Assembly: GCA_039815185.1 (NCBI GenBank)
Contig: JBCBZT010000006.1
Coordinates: 1 to 64,000, forward strand
Direction of reading: 5' to 3'
DNA: 64,000 nt
Source of the DNA: Cyanobacteria bacterium P01_A01_bin.123
GTDB taxonomy: Bacteria > Cyanobacteriota > Cyanobacteriia > Phormidesmidales > Phormidesmidaceae
Positions 29,343 to 40,408 of this stretch are shown piece by piece (position 1 is the first letter of the stretch; every line of letters starts with the position of its first letter). A model generated the notes under the pieces. The model did not search any database, was not told the DNA's origin, and was given only the letters and a program-made list of their open reading frames with translations. A program made the position numbers and the translations under genes.

Positions 29343-29445
29343 TATAGCCCTAGTCGCAAAGCTTTGTGCGCTACAGTGAACCAGATTGCTTGTGTGTCGA
29401 GCATCCCAGTGATGCTAGGTGCATTAAGCAATCTGGCCAGCGCAA
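29343..29445. repeat. MITE/REP-like element, inverted copy of 45399-45503
   Basis: TATAGC start; internal CCAGATTGCTT...AAGCAATCTGG stem. Confidence 0.75.
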
Positions 29446-30996
29446 CTAGACTGCTGCCGTTGATTTTTCTAAAATCAATTTCGACCGCTTGGCCACTGCT
29501 GGAATCTCCATTGGATAATTACCCGTGAAACAGGCTGAGCAAAAACCATTGGGGTCTTGGCGAGTGGCTGCCAACATGCCCTCCCAACTGAGATAGGCTA
29601 AAGAATCGACTTCGATTTGAGCAGTGATTTCTGCCACTGACTTGGTGGCTGCGATCAACTGGTCTTGGTTGTCAGTATCGATTCCAAAGAAACAGGGGTG
29701 AGTCACGGGGGGTGATGAAATCCGCATGTGCACCTCAGTTGCACCCGCTTCCCGGAGGGCTTTAACGATTTTGCGGCTGGTAGTACCGCGCACGATTGAG
29801 TCATCCACAATCAAGATGCGTTTGCCCTCTAGCACATCTCTCAGCGGGTTGAGTTTCATCCGAATCCCCGATTCGCGCATGTGCTGGGTCGGTTGAATGA
29901 AGGTTCTGCCCACATAGCGATTTTTGATCAGTCCTTCAGCGTAGGGGATCCCAGAACCCTGAGAAAACCCAATGGCCGCAGGTACCCCAGAATCAGGCAC
30001 AGCAATCACCAGATCGACATCGGCGGGGGATTCTTTTGCCAACTGTTTGCCCAATCGCAGGCGGTAGCTGTAGAGGCTCTCTTGGTTAACGACGCTGTCT
30101 GGGCGGGCAAAGTAGATCATTTCAAACACACACATGCGGCGGGCCTCATTAGCCCACTGAACCGATTTGAGCCCATTTTTATCAATCCACACGATTTCGC
30201 CGGGGCGGACGTCTCGCAGATAGGTGGCACCAATAATATCGAGGCCACAGGTTTCAGAGGCCAGCACATATTGGGCGGGGGCACCGGGTTCGGGGGGGGT
30301 GTCATCGAGATAACCCAGCACCAGCGGGCGAATGCCGTTGGGGTCGCGGGTGCCCATTAATCCATCGGGTGTGCCTATGGTGAGGCTAAAGGCCCCTTGG
30401 CAACGATTAAAGGCCGCGATCGCCCCCTCAACCCAGTCCAGCCCATCGTTAACGGCCTCGGCAATGGCAAAGGCAATCATCTCGGAATCGGTCGTGGTGA
30501 GCAAATCCCAATTGCGCTTGAGCAGTTGTTCGCGTAGCGTGGTCACGTTGACCAGGTTGCCATTGTGGGCCAGTGCTACGGGGCCCAGTCGCGACTCTAC
30601 AATGGCGGGTTGAGCGTTGCAAATCAGACTAGATCCAGTGGTGGAGTAACGGGTATGACCAACAGCCAATTCCCCCGGCATCTGGCGTAAAATCTCGTCA
30701 TCAAATACCTGGGATACCAAGCCCATGTCTTTATAGCTGTGGACTTGATCGCCCTGGAATGTGGCAATGCCTGCGGACTCTTGGCCGCGATGTTGCAAAG
30801 CATAGAGACCGAAATAAGTAAGGGTCGAGACAGTTTCATCAGGTGCGTAGACCCCAAATACGCCGCAGGCTTCTTCGGGTTTGTCAGGGGTTTGCTCGGC
30901 ACGAGATGCCGGGACAGACTCGTCAAACTCGGTGGGGTTATCCGCCTCAAGAGAGGTTGGATGAATGGTAGTTGGCAGGGAAGACTGAGCAATCAT
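29446..30996 (-). CDS. purF: Amidophosphoribosyltransferase
   Basis: EACGVFG, LQHRGQESAG, GHTRYST, VDDSIVRGTT. Confidence 0.97.
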   Translation of the reverse strand: MIAQSSLPTTIHPTSLEADNPTEFDESVPASRAEQTPDKPEEACGVFGVYAPDETVSTLTYFGLYALQHRGQESAGIATFQGDQVHSYKDMGLVSQVFDDEILRQMPGELAVGHTRYSTTGSSLICNAQPAIVESRLGPVALAHNGNLVNVTTLREQLLKRNWDLLTTTDSEMIAFAIAEAVNDGLDWVEGAIAAFNRCQGAFSLTIGTPDGLMGTRDPNGIRPLVLGYLDDTPPEPGAPAQYVLASETCGLDIIGATYLRDVRPGEIVWIDKNGLKSVQWANEARRMCVFEMIYFARPDSVVNQESLYSYRLRLGKQLAKESPADVDLVIAVPDSGVPAAIGFSQGSGIPYAEGLIKNRYVGRTFIQPTQHMRESGIRMKLNPLRDVLEGKRILIVDDSIVRGTTSRKIVKALREAGATEVHMRISSPPVTHPCFFGIDTDNQDQLIAATKSVAEITAQIEVDSLAYLSWEGMLAATRQDPNGFCSACFTGNYPMEIPAVAKRSKLILEKSTAAV

Positions 30997-31239
30997 GATG
31001 CTAGTTAGACTTGGGAGAGTTCACTGAGCGGACGCAGCACTGTGTCGGCAGATCTTGAATGCAAATTCAAGTCTGACCACCACACAATCCATCATAAAAG
31101 TTAATGCTTTGATACGCAGAAGCCGTGGGGGAGGGGTTATGACGGTTAAATTTTTAACCATTCCTTAATGACGTCTCAATCCTATCATTCTCTCCGAGGG
31201 GTGTGACGCTTGAGTTTTGCTCAATTTACGGGTTGATCG

Positions 31240-33621
31240 CTACCCTACCAGAGCGCGATCGATGGCATGCTCCCAGCGATCGCGGATTGCCAGCAGGTCT
31301 AGGCTTATTAACGCACTGTCATCTGCCGTTGTGATTTGCAATCGTGAGTCAGCAGTGACAATGCCCAATTTGTCAAACTCCTGACCCGTGCTAGTCAGAT
31401 AGGCTTCAAAGGCGCTTGTCTGGTCGGGGCCTACTGAGACCACAATGCGCGCGCCCCCTTCCCCAAACAGTACTCGATCCCAGCGCAGTTCGGTTTGATT
31501 CGCTGCCAGTGAAAGCTGGATAGCGGCACCGCGATCGCCGCTAATGCAAGACTCAGCCAACGCGATCGCCAGCCCCCCTTCGGCACAATCGTGAGCCGAG
31601 CGAATCCAGCCCTGGGCGATACCGTAGCGACAAGTGGTTTGTACGGCTTGTTCGCGGTCAAAGTCTACCCGGGGCGGTTGTCCAGCCACGGTTTGATGCA
31701 CGGTCGCCAAGTATTCCGATGCTCCCAGGGTGACGCTAGGGGCATCAGAGGCCGCGACGCTGACGCCCAATAAATAAATGGCATCTCCAGTCCCCCGCCA
31801 CCCCTGGCCGCAAATCTGACCTAAATCCTCAAGCAGACCCACCATACCGACCACTGGGGTGGGATAGATGGGTTGGGGGTTACCGTCACGGTCTAGGGTT
31901 TCGTTGTAGAGGGAAACATTACCCCCAGTGACGGGTGTGTTGAGCACGCGGCAACCTTCGGCCAAGCCGCGACAGGCTTCGGCCAGTTGCCAGTAGCCAA
32001 CGGGTTTTTCGGGGCTACCAAAGTTGAGATTGTCAGTTACCGCCAGGGGGATTGCACCCACACAGCTGAGGTTGCGGGCGGCTTCAGCTACGGCAGCTTT
32101 GGCCCCTTCGTAAGGATTGAGATAGACATAGCGGGCATTGCAGTCGACCGTGGCGGCAACGCCCTTGTTCTGAGCTGGTACTGATTGACCGGGAGTCGGC
32201 TCTAGAGGACGCAGGCGAACGATAGCGGCGTCAGCACCCCCAGGTAGCAGCACGGTGTTGTTTTGCACCTGATGGTCGTATTGGCGGTAAACCCACTGTT
32301 TTGAGGCAATGGTGGGATTGCTCAGCAGGGTTAAGGTAATGTCATTCCAGGACTGGTGATTCAGGCCGCGATCGCTGCAGGGGGGCAAACTCGCTTCATT
32401 CCATGCCCAAGCTTTGCGGGCATAGTCTGGTGGTTCAGCCAATAACTCCCGGTGATAAATTGGCGTATTGTCAGCCAAAGCCGTCGCCGGAATTTCAGCA
32501 GCAGTAGCGCCCTGAAACAAAATTCGCACAATCGGGTCGGCAATCACCGTACCTGCCACCACAGCGTGCAACCCCCACTTTTCAAAAATGTCGATCAGTT
32601 CTTGCTCCCGCCCTTGCTGACCCACAAACAGCATTCGTTCTTGGGACTCAGACAGCAAATATTCGTAGGGCACCATCCCTGTTTCGCGCACCGGAATTAA
32701 GTCCAGATCGAGTTCAATGCCAACTCCGCCTTTAGCCGCCATTTCCGCCGTGGAGCAGGTAATGCCTGCTGCCCCCATATCTTGGGCGGCGACCACCGCG
32801 CCAGTCTTAAAGGCTTCTAGACAGGCTTCCACTAGCGATTTTTCTAAGAACGGATCGCCCACCTGCACCGCGGGCCGATCGGCTTCTGATTCATCGCTGA
32901 GTTCGGCGCTGGCAAAGCTAGCCCCGCCCATGCCATCCCGCCCAGTGGTGGAGCCGACGTATAGTACGGGGTTGCCGATGCCTGACGCTCCCGATTTGAC
33001 AATCTCTGGCGTTTCCATCAAACCAATGGCCATGGCATTGACCAGCGGATTATCCGCATAGGCCGGATCAAAATACACTTCACCGCCTACGGTTGGCACC
33101 CCAAAGCAGTTGCCATAGTGGGCAATACCAGAGACCACGCCGGTAAAAATTTGCCGCGTCCGTGGGTGGTCTAAACTGCCAAAGCGCAGAGAATTGAGTG
33201 CGGCAATGGGTCGGGCTCCCATGGTGAAAATATCGCGCAAAATTCCCCCTACCCCAGTAGCTGCCCCTTGAAACGGTTCTACTGCTGAGGGATGGTTGTG
33301 GGATTCAATTTTGAAAGCCAACTGCAACCCATCGCCCATGTCTACCACGCCAGCGTTTTCGCCGGGGCCAACCAAAATGCGATCGCCTTCGGTGGGAAAT
33401 TGCTTCAGTAGCGGGCGGGAGTTTTTGTAGCAACAGTGCTCTGACCACATAACCCCAAACATGCCCAGTTCGGCCCGGTTGGGATGGCGACCTAAACGCT
33501 GCACGATGTCTTCGTATTCGCTGGGTTTGAGCCCTTCAGCGGCGATCGCGTCGGCAGAAAACGGGCTAGCAGGGGGTGCAACCATGGGATTGGGAAATGA
33601 GGGAATGGAAAACGCTTCCAA
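31240..33621 (-). CDS. purL: Phosphoribosylformylglycinamidine synthase subunit PurL
   Basis: [32 protein letters not shown]. Confidence 0.97.
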   Translation of the reverse strand: MEAFSIPSFPNPMVAPPASPFSADAIAAEGLKPSEYEDIVQRLGRHPNRAELGMFGVMWSEHCCYKNSRPLLKQFPTEGDRILVGPGENAGVVDMGDGLQLAFKIESHNHPSAVEPFQGAATGVGGILRDIFTMGARPIAALNSLRFGSLDHPRTRQIFTGVVSGIAHYGNCFGVPTVGGEVYFDPAYADNPLVNAMAIGLMETPEIVKSGASGIGNPVLYVGSTTGRDGMGGASFASAELSDESEADRPAVQVGDPFLEKSLVEACLEAFKTGAVVAAQDMGAAGITCSTAEMAAKGGVGIELDLDLIPVRETGMVPYEYLLSESQERMLFVGQQGREQELIDIFEKWGLHAVVAGTVIADPIVRILFQGATAAEIPATALADNTPIYHRELLAEPPDYARKAWAWNEASLPPCSDRGLNHQSWNDITLTLLSNPTIASKQWVYRQYDHQVQNNTVLLPGGADAAIVRLRPLEPTPGQSVPAQNKGVAATVDCNARYVYLNPYEGAKAAVAEAARNLSCVGAIPLAVTDNLNFGSPEKPVGYWQLAEACRGLAEGCRVLNTPVTGGNVSLYNETLDRDGNPQPIYPTPVVGMVGLLEDLGQICGQGWRGTGDAIYLLGVSVAASDAPSVTLGASEYLATVHQTVAGQPPRVDFDREQAVQTTCRYGIAQGWIRSAHDCAEGGLAIALAESCISGDRGAAIQLSLAANQTELRWDRVLFGEGGARIVVSVGPDQTSAFEAYLTSTGQEFDKLGIVTADSRLQITTADDSALISLDLLAIRDRWEHAIDRALVG

Positions 33622-33659
33622 TTCTACAAGTTTCGATGTAGCAGACTGATGTGATAGAG

Positions 33660-34031
33660 CTAGTCTCCCTGATTTACTTCTTCGATCGCAACAATTGTTT
33701 GTAGCTCAGCATTTTGTTTATACTGCACCATTGCAGCATCTAGTACTGCTTGGCGAAAGTTGGGGCTTAGCTCAGCAGGAGTTCTCAAATCAACTTTTCG
33801 CCCAGTGAGTAAATCTGAGAGTTCAAGCTCCATTCCGGCTAAGTCCAAATAGGTAACGCGAGTACCAGAGACAAATTCCACTAGAAAATCGATATCGCTT
33901 TCTGGCGTGAAGTCGTCGCGCAAAATGGAGCCAAATAGAGAAAGCTTACGGATGTGGTGGCGTTGACAAAATGCTGCAAGTTGGTCTTTTGGCATGAGGA
34001 CAGGTAGTTGGGAATCGGTTCTGGTTGTCAT
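33660..34031 (-). CDS. MNT-type minimal nucleotidyltransferase (antitoxin-like)
   Basis: [28 protein letters not shown]. Confidence 0.88.
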   Translation of the reverse strand: MTTRTDSQLPVLMPKDQLAAFCQRHHIRKLSLFGSILRDDFTPESDIDFLVEFVSGTRVTYLDLAGMELELSDLLTGRKVDLRTPAELSPNFRQAVLDAAMVQYKQNAELQTIVAIEEVNQGD

Positions 34032-34327
34032 ATTTTTCCAGAAGTTTCAATAAGCACAAGGTGATCAGCTTTAGCGTCGGACATTTTCTTTAGTCTAGAA
34101 AAGAAATCTGAATCAGGATCGCATTGTTTCGATTAGAAGCATCGTTGTAAAACGCTTTGATGAGGTCGAAGCGTTCCAAGCGTTCCGCAAAATTCTCTTC
34201 TCCCCCAAAAGACTTTAGTGACGCTCAAAAATAGCTATGCCCCTAACTCTAAAGAAGACTTGTGAAAATCCGCAGGCTCCGGGAGGTCAGGCTAGGATCT
34301 TTAGGCTGTTATTTCTGAGAGTTACCC

Positions 34328-35617
34328 ATGAATGCTCCCTACGGTCTAGAAACTAAGTGCTTACATTCAGGGCAGAGTCCTGACCCCACAACGATGTCTC
34401 GGGCCGTGCCAGTCTACCGCACTAGCTCCTATACCTTCCGGGATACCGAACATGCCGCTAACTTATTTGCGCTCAAAGAGCTCGGCAATATTTACACGCG
34501 CTTGATGAATCCGACCCATGACATCTTGGAGAAGCGGATTGCTGAGATGGAAGGGGGGGCCGCAGCGTTGGCTGTGGCTTCTGGGACGAGTGCCATCTTT
34601 TATAGCGTCATCAATATCTGCCAGGCGGGTGATGAAATTGTGTCAGCGAATAATCTCTATGGTGGCACCTACACCATGTTCAAAGACATCCTGCCGCAGT
34701 TTGGCATCAAAGCTCATCTGGTTGATCCGACCGAGCCCGCGAATTTTCGGGCGGCGATCACCGATAAGACCAAGCTTGTGTACTGTGAAACCGTGGGTAA
34801 CCCAGCGCTGGAAGTGACTGACCTGGAAGCGATCGCAGCCATTGCCCACGAACACGGGTTACCACTGGTTGTAGACAGCACGTTTACTACGCCCTATCTG
34901 CTGCGTCCTATAGAGCATGGGGCTGATATTGTGGTGCATTCCCTCACCAAATGGCTGGGTGGCCACGGCGCTGGCATTGGCGGCATTGTGGTTGATTCCG
35001 GTAAGTTTGATTGGACTTCGGGCAAGTTTCCCCTCTTGAGTGAACCCGATTCTGGGTACCATGGTCTGCGCTTTGCCAACGACCTGGGCGATTTGGCCCC
35101 GTTGGCCTACATCTTGCGCATGCGTCTGGTACCGCTGAGAAATCTGGGAGCCTGTATTTCGCCCGACAATGCATGGATGTTTTTGCAGGGTATTGAAACC
35201 CTACACCTGCGGATGCAGCGCCATTCTGAGAACGCGATGGCAGTCGCTCAGTTCCTTTCCGACCACGATGCGGTTGAGTGGGTACGCTATCCAGGCTTAG
35301 AGACCGATAAGGCATACCCAGTTGCCAAACACTACCTGAAGAATGGGTTTGGAGCGATGGTGATTTTTGGCATTAAAGGTGGGGCCGATGCGGGTAAACG
35401 GTTCATTGAGCATTTGAACTTATTTTCCCATTTGGCGAATGTCGGCGATGCCAAGAGTTTGGCAATTCATCCGGCGACGACCACTCATTCTCAGCTGTCA
35501 GAGGCTGATCAAAAAGCGGGTGGTATTTCCCCAGAGCTTGTCCGTTTGTCGATCGGGATTGAACACATTGATGACATCATTGGCGATTTGAATAGGGCTC
35601 TAGATAAAGCGATGTAG
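34328..35617 (+). CDS. metY: O-acetylhomoserine sulfhydrylase
   Basis: IYTRLMNPT, HSLTKWLGGHG PLP lysine, HLANVGDAKSL..HPATTTH. Confidence 0.93.
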   Translation: MNAPYGLETKCLHSGQSPDPTTMSRAVPVYRTSSYTFRDTEHAANLFALKELGNIYTRLMNPTHDILEKRIAEMEGGAAALAVASGTSAIFYSVINICQAGDEIVSANNLYGGTYTMFKDILPQFGIKAHLVDPTEPANFRAAITDKTKLVYCETVGNPALEVTDLEAIAAIAHEHGLPLVVDSTFTTPYLLRPIEHGADIVVHSLTKWLGGHGAGIGGIVVDSGKFDWTSGKFPLLSEPDSGYHGLRFANDLGDLAPLAYILRMRLVPLRNLGACISPDNAWMFLQGIETLHLRMQRHSENAMAVAQFLSDHDAVEWVRYPGLETDKAYPVAKHYLKNGFGAMVIFGIKGGADAGKRFIEHLNLFSHLANVGDAKSLAIHPATTTHSQLSEADQKAGGISPELVRLSIGIEHIDDIIGDLNRALDKAM

Positions 35618-35786
35618 AGGTTGACTTAGCCGGGGGTGAGGCGGCGGGCGTCGATATTACCGAACGCATAGGTGCGTTGGGTCGTTGTTGCCGTATCGAG
35701 GGCCAAGGCTTTAGTGCGTCACGCAAAGCGATGGCATACCCTACGGCAATTGATAGCGACTATGCTACTACCAAAAACTTGAGAAG

Positions 35787-35819
35787 AAGCCTCCAATAGT
35801 CGGGGTTGGAGGCTTTTTT
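35787..35819 (+). terminator. Intrinsic terminator between metY and metX
   Basis: AAGCCTCCAA / TTGGAGGCTT stem followed by a T run. Confidence 0.7.
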
Positions 35820-35902
35820 ATGATTCCGAGACTGGCATCAGCACCTTGACCCCTAACCATTCACCCCATGCAACTGTTTATTGATGGCGCAGGATTAGAC
35901 GA

Positions 35903-37057
35903 TTGAACAACCATAAACCAGACCAGGTGAGCATTGGCCCCGTCGAGACGCAGTTTTTCCACCCAGAGACGCCATTTACCCTTGAATCTGGCACAAGCCT
36001 TGATGCCGTTACCCTGGCCTATGAAACCTATGGCACCCTTAACGCAGACGCCAGCAATGCGGTCTTGTTGTTTCATGCGTTAACCGGGAGTCACCATGCC
36101 GCAGGTCATAATCCAGCAGTTCCAGGGGTGGGAGAACTCTGGACGAACGAATGCTGGCGGGGTTGGTGGGATGGGTTTATCGGCCCGCAAAAAGCTTTAG
36201 ATACCGATCGATATTTTGTGATCTGCGCTAACTATCTGGGGAGTTGCTATGGTTCAACCGGGCCGCGATCGCTGAATCTTAAAACAGGCAAACCCTATGG
36301 CAGCCAGTTTCCTCAAATTAGCGCTTGGGATGTGGTGCAAAGCCAGCTACAACTGCTCGACCATCTCAACATTGACTGCCTCCATGCTGCGATGGGCAGT
36401 TCCCTTGGCGGCATGATGACGCTATTACTCGCCACCCGCTGTCCCCACCGGGTTAGAAATGTGGTCCCGATGGCGACCGGGTTTGAAACGACTGTGCTGC
36501 AACGCATTCTCAACCTTGAGCAGATCATCGCCATTCGCAATGACCCAAACTTTAAGAACGGCGATTATTACAGTTCGCTGTTGCCCAAAGATGGGTTGAG
36601 CCTAGCGCGGATTATTTCCCATAAGACGTTTGTCTCACTAGAAGTCTTAGAAAACAGAGCCCGCAAAGAAATTGCGACAAAAGAGCGGCTAGGCGACTTT
36701 TATTCGCTCTCTCACTCAATTGAATCTTACATGCTCTATCAGGGGCAAAAATTTGCCGATCGCTTTGATGCCAATAGCTACCTGCGAATTATGGACATGT
36801 GGCAGCGGTATCAGCTCAACCCAGATCGCTCAGCGCTGTTTAAGCCGTGTCAGCAACAGCAATATCTGATCTTCAGCATCGATTCAGATGTCTGCTATTA
36901 CCCCGAAGAACAACTGGCGATTGTCAAGGCTTTAGAGGCGGCTGAAGTCAGCGTGAAATACATCACGGTTCATTCTGATAAAGGCCATGACTCATTTTTG
37001 CTAGAGCCAGAGCTGTATGCCCCCTATATCCAATTCGTTTTGAATGGGATGGATTAG
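35903..37057 (+). CDS. metX: Homoserine O-acetyltransferase
   Basis: HALTGSHH, GSCYGSTGP, GSSLGGM nucleophile, RFDANSY, GHDSFL. Confidence 0.92.
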   Translation: MNNHKPDQVSIGPVETQFFHPETPFTLESGTSLDAVTLAYETYGTLNADASNAVLLFHALTGSHHAAGHNPAVPGVGELWTNECWRGWWDGFIGPQKALDTDRYFVICANYLGSCYGSTGPRSLNLKTGKPYGSQFPQISAWDVVQSQLQLLDHLNIDCLHAAMGSSLGGMMTLLLATRCPHRVRNVVPMATGFETTVLQRILNLEQIIAIRNDPNFKNGDYYSSLLPKDGLSLARIISHKTFVSLEVLENRARKEIATKERLGDFYSLSHSIESYMLYQGQKFADRFDANSYLRIMDMWQRYQLNPDRSALFKPCQQQQYLIFSIDSDVCYYPEEQLAIVKALEAAEVSVKYITVHSDKGHDSFLLEPELYAPYIQFVLNGMD

Positions 37058-38286
37058 GGTACTGCGCTTTCAGGTGAGGGATCGGAATTTTTAAGGGTGA
37101 GGGCAAAGACTGCGATCGCGATCGTAAGTACCCCAGCTACAAAAAACGGCAGGGAATACCCAAATGTCACCAGTAATCCTGAAATAGTTGGCCCAATCGC
37201 ATTGGAAAAACTCAAATAGGATGAGTTGGTTCCGAGAGCTTCGCCTTGTTCTTTGGCGGAGGTTCGTAGCGATAGCAAAGAGTCGATTAGGGGCATGGGG
37301 AAGGCATTGACGATGCCAAAAAAGATCAGCAGTACCCAAAAGGCAACAATGTTGGGAAACGAGGGAATTAAAATCAGCAGAATACCCCGTAAAACCAGCC
37401 CAGAAACCAGCAGATTGACTAGATTCAATCGCTTTCGTAAAGGCTCCAGCAAAAACACCTGAGAGAGAAAGGCCAAAACGCCAAATACCACAAATGTAAT
37501 CGCCAGATCTTTTGTATCTTGTCCTAACACCGTTAAAAAGAAGGGCTGAAACGCGAACGTGAAGATGGTAAACGTGGCCCCATTAAGGAAGGTCATGATA
37601 AAAATACGTCCCACCGACGGTCTACGAAATGATGTGGCTAGACGACCAAAACCGAAATCACCCCAACTGAGCTGGAGGGTTTTGGTACATTTCTCAGGGG
37701 GTTGGGTTTCAGGCAGAAGGAAGAAACAGAGTATGGCGGCGATCAGCGCCATGGCAGCCGACATCAAAAAACTCATGCCCAGCGTGGTCACTCCCGGCAG
37801 CGGCGGCAATGTTTGTGCGAAATAAGCCAGTGGTGGCCCCAGCACAAACCCCAAGCGAAACATGCCGCCAAAGATGCCAAAAGCCTGCGTGCGCTGTTCA
37901 GGGGAGGTAATATCGCTGACTACCGCTTGGGCAACAGAATTATTGCCCCCGGTAACGCCGTCAAACATGCGAGCTATATACAGCAACCAGGCAAAGGGGG
38001 ACACAGCTGCCAGCAGGTTGGCCCCCACGGTGCCCAGTAAGCTAATGACCAGTAGCGGTTTACGACCCACCCGGTCAGACAGGCGGCCTAAAATTGGCGT
38101 CCCCAAAAATTGAGACAGCGAGAATGCCGTGGTTAGCAAACTGGCCTGGAAGTCGCTTAGCCCAAATTCCTTGGCATAGGGATATAGCGTCGGGATGATG
38201 ATGGTGAAGCTGACCGAATTGATAAACGCCACCAGCGTCACAATCCAAAACTGCACTGGCAAGCGTTGCGAGGGCTGAGCGGCCAT
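37054..38286 (-). CDS. MFS transporter (TetA/DHA1-like)
   Basis: GRLSDRVGRKP motif A, DGVTGGN. Confidence 0.9.
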   Translation of the reverse strand: MAAQPSQRLPVQFWIVTLVAFINSVSFTIIIPTLYPYAKEFGLSDFQASLLTTAFSLSQFLGTPILGRLSDRVGRKPLLVISLLGTVGANLLAAVSPFAWLLYIARMFDGVTGGNNSVAQAVVSDITSPEQRTQAFGIFGGMFRLGFVLGPPLAYFAQTLPPLPGVTTLGMSFLMSAAMALIAAILCFFLLPETQPPEKCTKTLQLSWGDFGFGRLATSFRRPSVGRIFIMTFLNGATFTIFTFAFQPFFLTVLGQDTKDLAITFVVFGVLAFLSQVFLLEPLRKRLNLVNLLVSGLVLRGILLILIPSFPNIVAFWVLLIFFGIVNAFPMPLIDSLLSLRTSAKEQGEALGTNSSYLSFSNAIGPTISGLLVTFGYSLPFFVAGVLTIAIAVFALTLKNSDPSPESAVP

Positions 38287-38298
38287 GGAGTGATGCGT

Positions 38299-38622
38299 TT
38301 AACGATCTTCTACTTCTGATAATGGCAGGGAGTTTGCAACATTTGGCAGGCTGGTGCAAATGGCCTCTAGATTCATCACCCTTTCCTCCAACATTTTCAT
38401 ATCTTGGGAGGGACGAGTCCGAAAGGGCTGGCGTTGTCCGGGTGCAAACCAGACTGCAACCGTGCCGCCAGTGGCCCCCAAAATCACAAGCAGGGGCAAG
38501 ATCACCCCACTGCTAGTAACGGCTACCAACGGCACACAGATTCCTAACATACCCATGGAACAACCCCAGATAATAGCTGTAGCCCGAACTTGGATGTTAT
38601 TTCTAGTAGACTTGCGCCTCAT
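38299..38622 (-). CDS. Small two-TM hypothetical protein
   Basis: Two hydrophobic helices and LEERVMNLEAI coiled tail. Confidence 0.6.
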   Translation of the reverse strand: MRRKSTRNNIQVRATAIIWGCSMGMLGICVPLVAVTSSGVILPLLVILGATGGTVAVWFAPGQRQPFRTRPSQDMKMLEERVMNLEAICTSLPNVANSLPLSEVEDR

Positions 38623-38763
38623 ATGGCTCTCTCCATTTGATGGCTATTTCCTCACATTCCAAATACTAATGCACTGGGTACTCAAGCTGCGATCCAGTAC
38701 ACTCGACGATAGGCAATCAGGAACAGTAATCCTTGTAGATTTGATCCTTCTTGAGGAAAGGAT

Positions 38764-39513
38764 ATGTTTGATTGGTTGAATTGTGCAATTAAATTATCTA
38801 CTGAAATACTAGCAAAATATGGTTTTGATGTAGGTTTCTTTTTTGACCATCCTACCACCCTAGAGAGTATTCATGTTGCCGAGAATACTTTGGGTGTAGC
38901 ACTTCCCTATTCTTATAAAAATTTTCTATTATTTTCTAATGGCGCTTATCTATTCTTTGACCGCTCTGAATCAGATGAGATGGATAAGGAGAACATAGAT
39001 ATCACTACTGGACTAATTATTGAATCGATAGAAAGAGTAGTCGCACTGACTCAAAAATACAAGGAAATCTTCTATGACGAAAATCATCCATCTAGCTGGC
39101 CAGATGGAATTATTGTGATTGCAGAGGATGCGATTACGGGCGACTGCTTTTGTCTTTCTCCAGAAACTAATGCAGAAAACTCTGAGGTCTCAGTTCTGTA
39201 TGGTGAAGATTGCATTTTGCCTGACGAATGGGTAGATAGAATTATTGCTGCATCCTTTGAAGAATGGCTAAAGTTTATGTTCAATAGTATAATCAAAAAA
39301 AAGCACACTCCTTATTATTGGTTCCCTTTCGGAGAAAGCTCCATTAACTCTTTTAAGGATGCATCGCAATCAGCTCTTGCTCTTAAATTAAGATTTGAAG
39401 CAGATAAGTCTGATAATGTCCTTATTAATGATTCGATTACTTCTTCTAGTGAGGCTATTTCGGAAGTTAGAATAGTCATAGATGAAAATGGTAACCTTAT
39501 GAATTGGGAGTGA
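38764..39513 (+). CDS. SMI1/KNR4 (SUKH) family protein
   Basis: AENTLGVALPYSYKNFLLFSNG, IAASFEEWL; AT-rich. Confidence 0.8.
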   Translation: MFDWLNCAIKLSTEILAKYGFDVGFFFDHPTTLESIHVAENTLGVALPYSYKNFLLFSNGAYLFFDRSESDEMDKENIDITTGLIIESIERVVALTQKYKEIFYDENHPSSWPDGIIVIAEDAITGDCFCLSPETNAENSEVSVLYGEDCILPDEWVDRIIAASFEEWLKFMFNSIIKKKHTPYYWFPFGESSINSFKDASQSALALKLRFEADKSDNVLINDSITSSSEAISEVRIVIDENGNLMNWE

Positions 39514-39554
39514 TTTTAACATGCCTTGAAAGTATTATTCTAGGCATGTTAAAA
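39514..39554. terminator. Bidirectional terminator-like hairpin
   Basis: TTTTAACATGCCT / AGGCATGTTAAAA between convergent genes. Confidence 0.7.
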
Positions 39555-39574
39555 AGCTAGGTATCGGTGACGCT

Positions 39575-40408
39575 TTATTGCTCAATTAGGGTGTTGGGCA
39601 AACGACTCCACTCATTCCAAGAACCGTCATAATTGCGCACATTGGGATAACCCAATAAATATTTCAAAACAAACCAGACATAGGCCGATCGCCCACCAAT
39701 GGCACAGTAAGGAAAAATCTCCTTGTCAGGTGTAATCCCTTGGCTATAGTAGAGCGCCTTCAAGTCATCGAATGATTTGAAGGTGCCGTCTTCATTCAGG
39801 GTTTGGATATGCTCAACATGCACCGACCCTGGAATGTGGCCTGCGCGTTCTGTGCCTTCTGGCGGCCCCATGAGGAAATGTACACCTCGATATTCTTCTG
39901 TGGTGCGCACATCTAGCAACACCTGATCAGATTTATCGAGGGATGCCCGGACTTCCTCAGATAAAACTCGTAAATCAGCATCGAGGGGTTGGGCCTTATA
40001 CTGAGTGGTTGCAAAGGTTGATAGTTTTTCTGCGACTGGACGCCCTTCTAAAATCCACTTTTGATGACCGCCGTTCAACACTAATACATTCTCATGGCCA
40101 ATTAACTTCAATAGCCAAAAGGTTGCCGCTCCAACTGATGGATTACTACCATAAGCAATCACCGTTGTCTCATGGGTAATTCCAGATTTAGAAAGTAATT
40201 GTTCGATTGCCGTTGCGCTTAGATTTAGACTAAAGTTTGGCAGGCTCAAATCAGTGGGAATACTCCAGAAGACAGCACCTGGAATATGTTTGTCTTGACA
40301 AAACTCTGGACTCATATCCGATTCCACAATGCGGAGGGTTGGATCATCAAGGTGATCAACCAGCCATTGCGTTTCTACCAAAACTTCAGGATGAGCGTAA
40401 TTATTCAT
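39575..40408 (-). CDS. Two-domain sulfurtransferase (rhodanese)
   Basis: HIPGA, GHIPGS, YCAIGGRS, YDGSWNEW. Confidence 0.92.
   Translation of the reverse strand: MNNYAHPEVLVETQWLVDHLDDPTLRIVESDMSPEFCQDKHIPGAVFWSIPTDLSLPNFSLNLSATAIEQLLSKSGITHETTVIAYGSNPSVGAATFWLLKLIGHENVLVLNGGHQKWILEGRPVAEKLSTFATTQYKAQPLDADLRVLSEEVRASLDKSDQVLLDVRTTEEYRGVHFLMGPPEGTERAGHIPGSVHVEHIQTLNEDGTFKSFDDLKALYYSQGITPDKEIFPYCAIGGRSAYVWFVLKYLLGYPNVRNYDGSWNEWSRLPNTLIEQ

Noticed and set aside
31144..31159. Palindrome GGTTAAA-N2-TTTAACC upstream of purF
   Set aside because: Single AT-rich occurrence with no regulator assignable.
34032..34327. SAM riboswitch upstream of metY
   Set aside because: No recognisable SAM-I/II consensus seen by eye; an Rfam scan would be needed.
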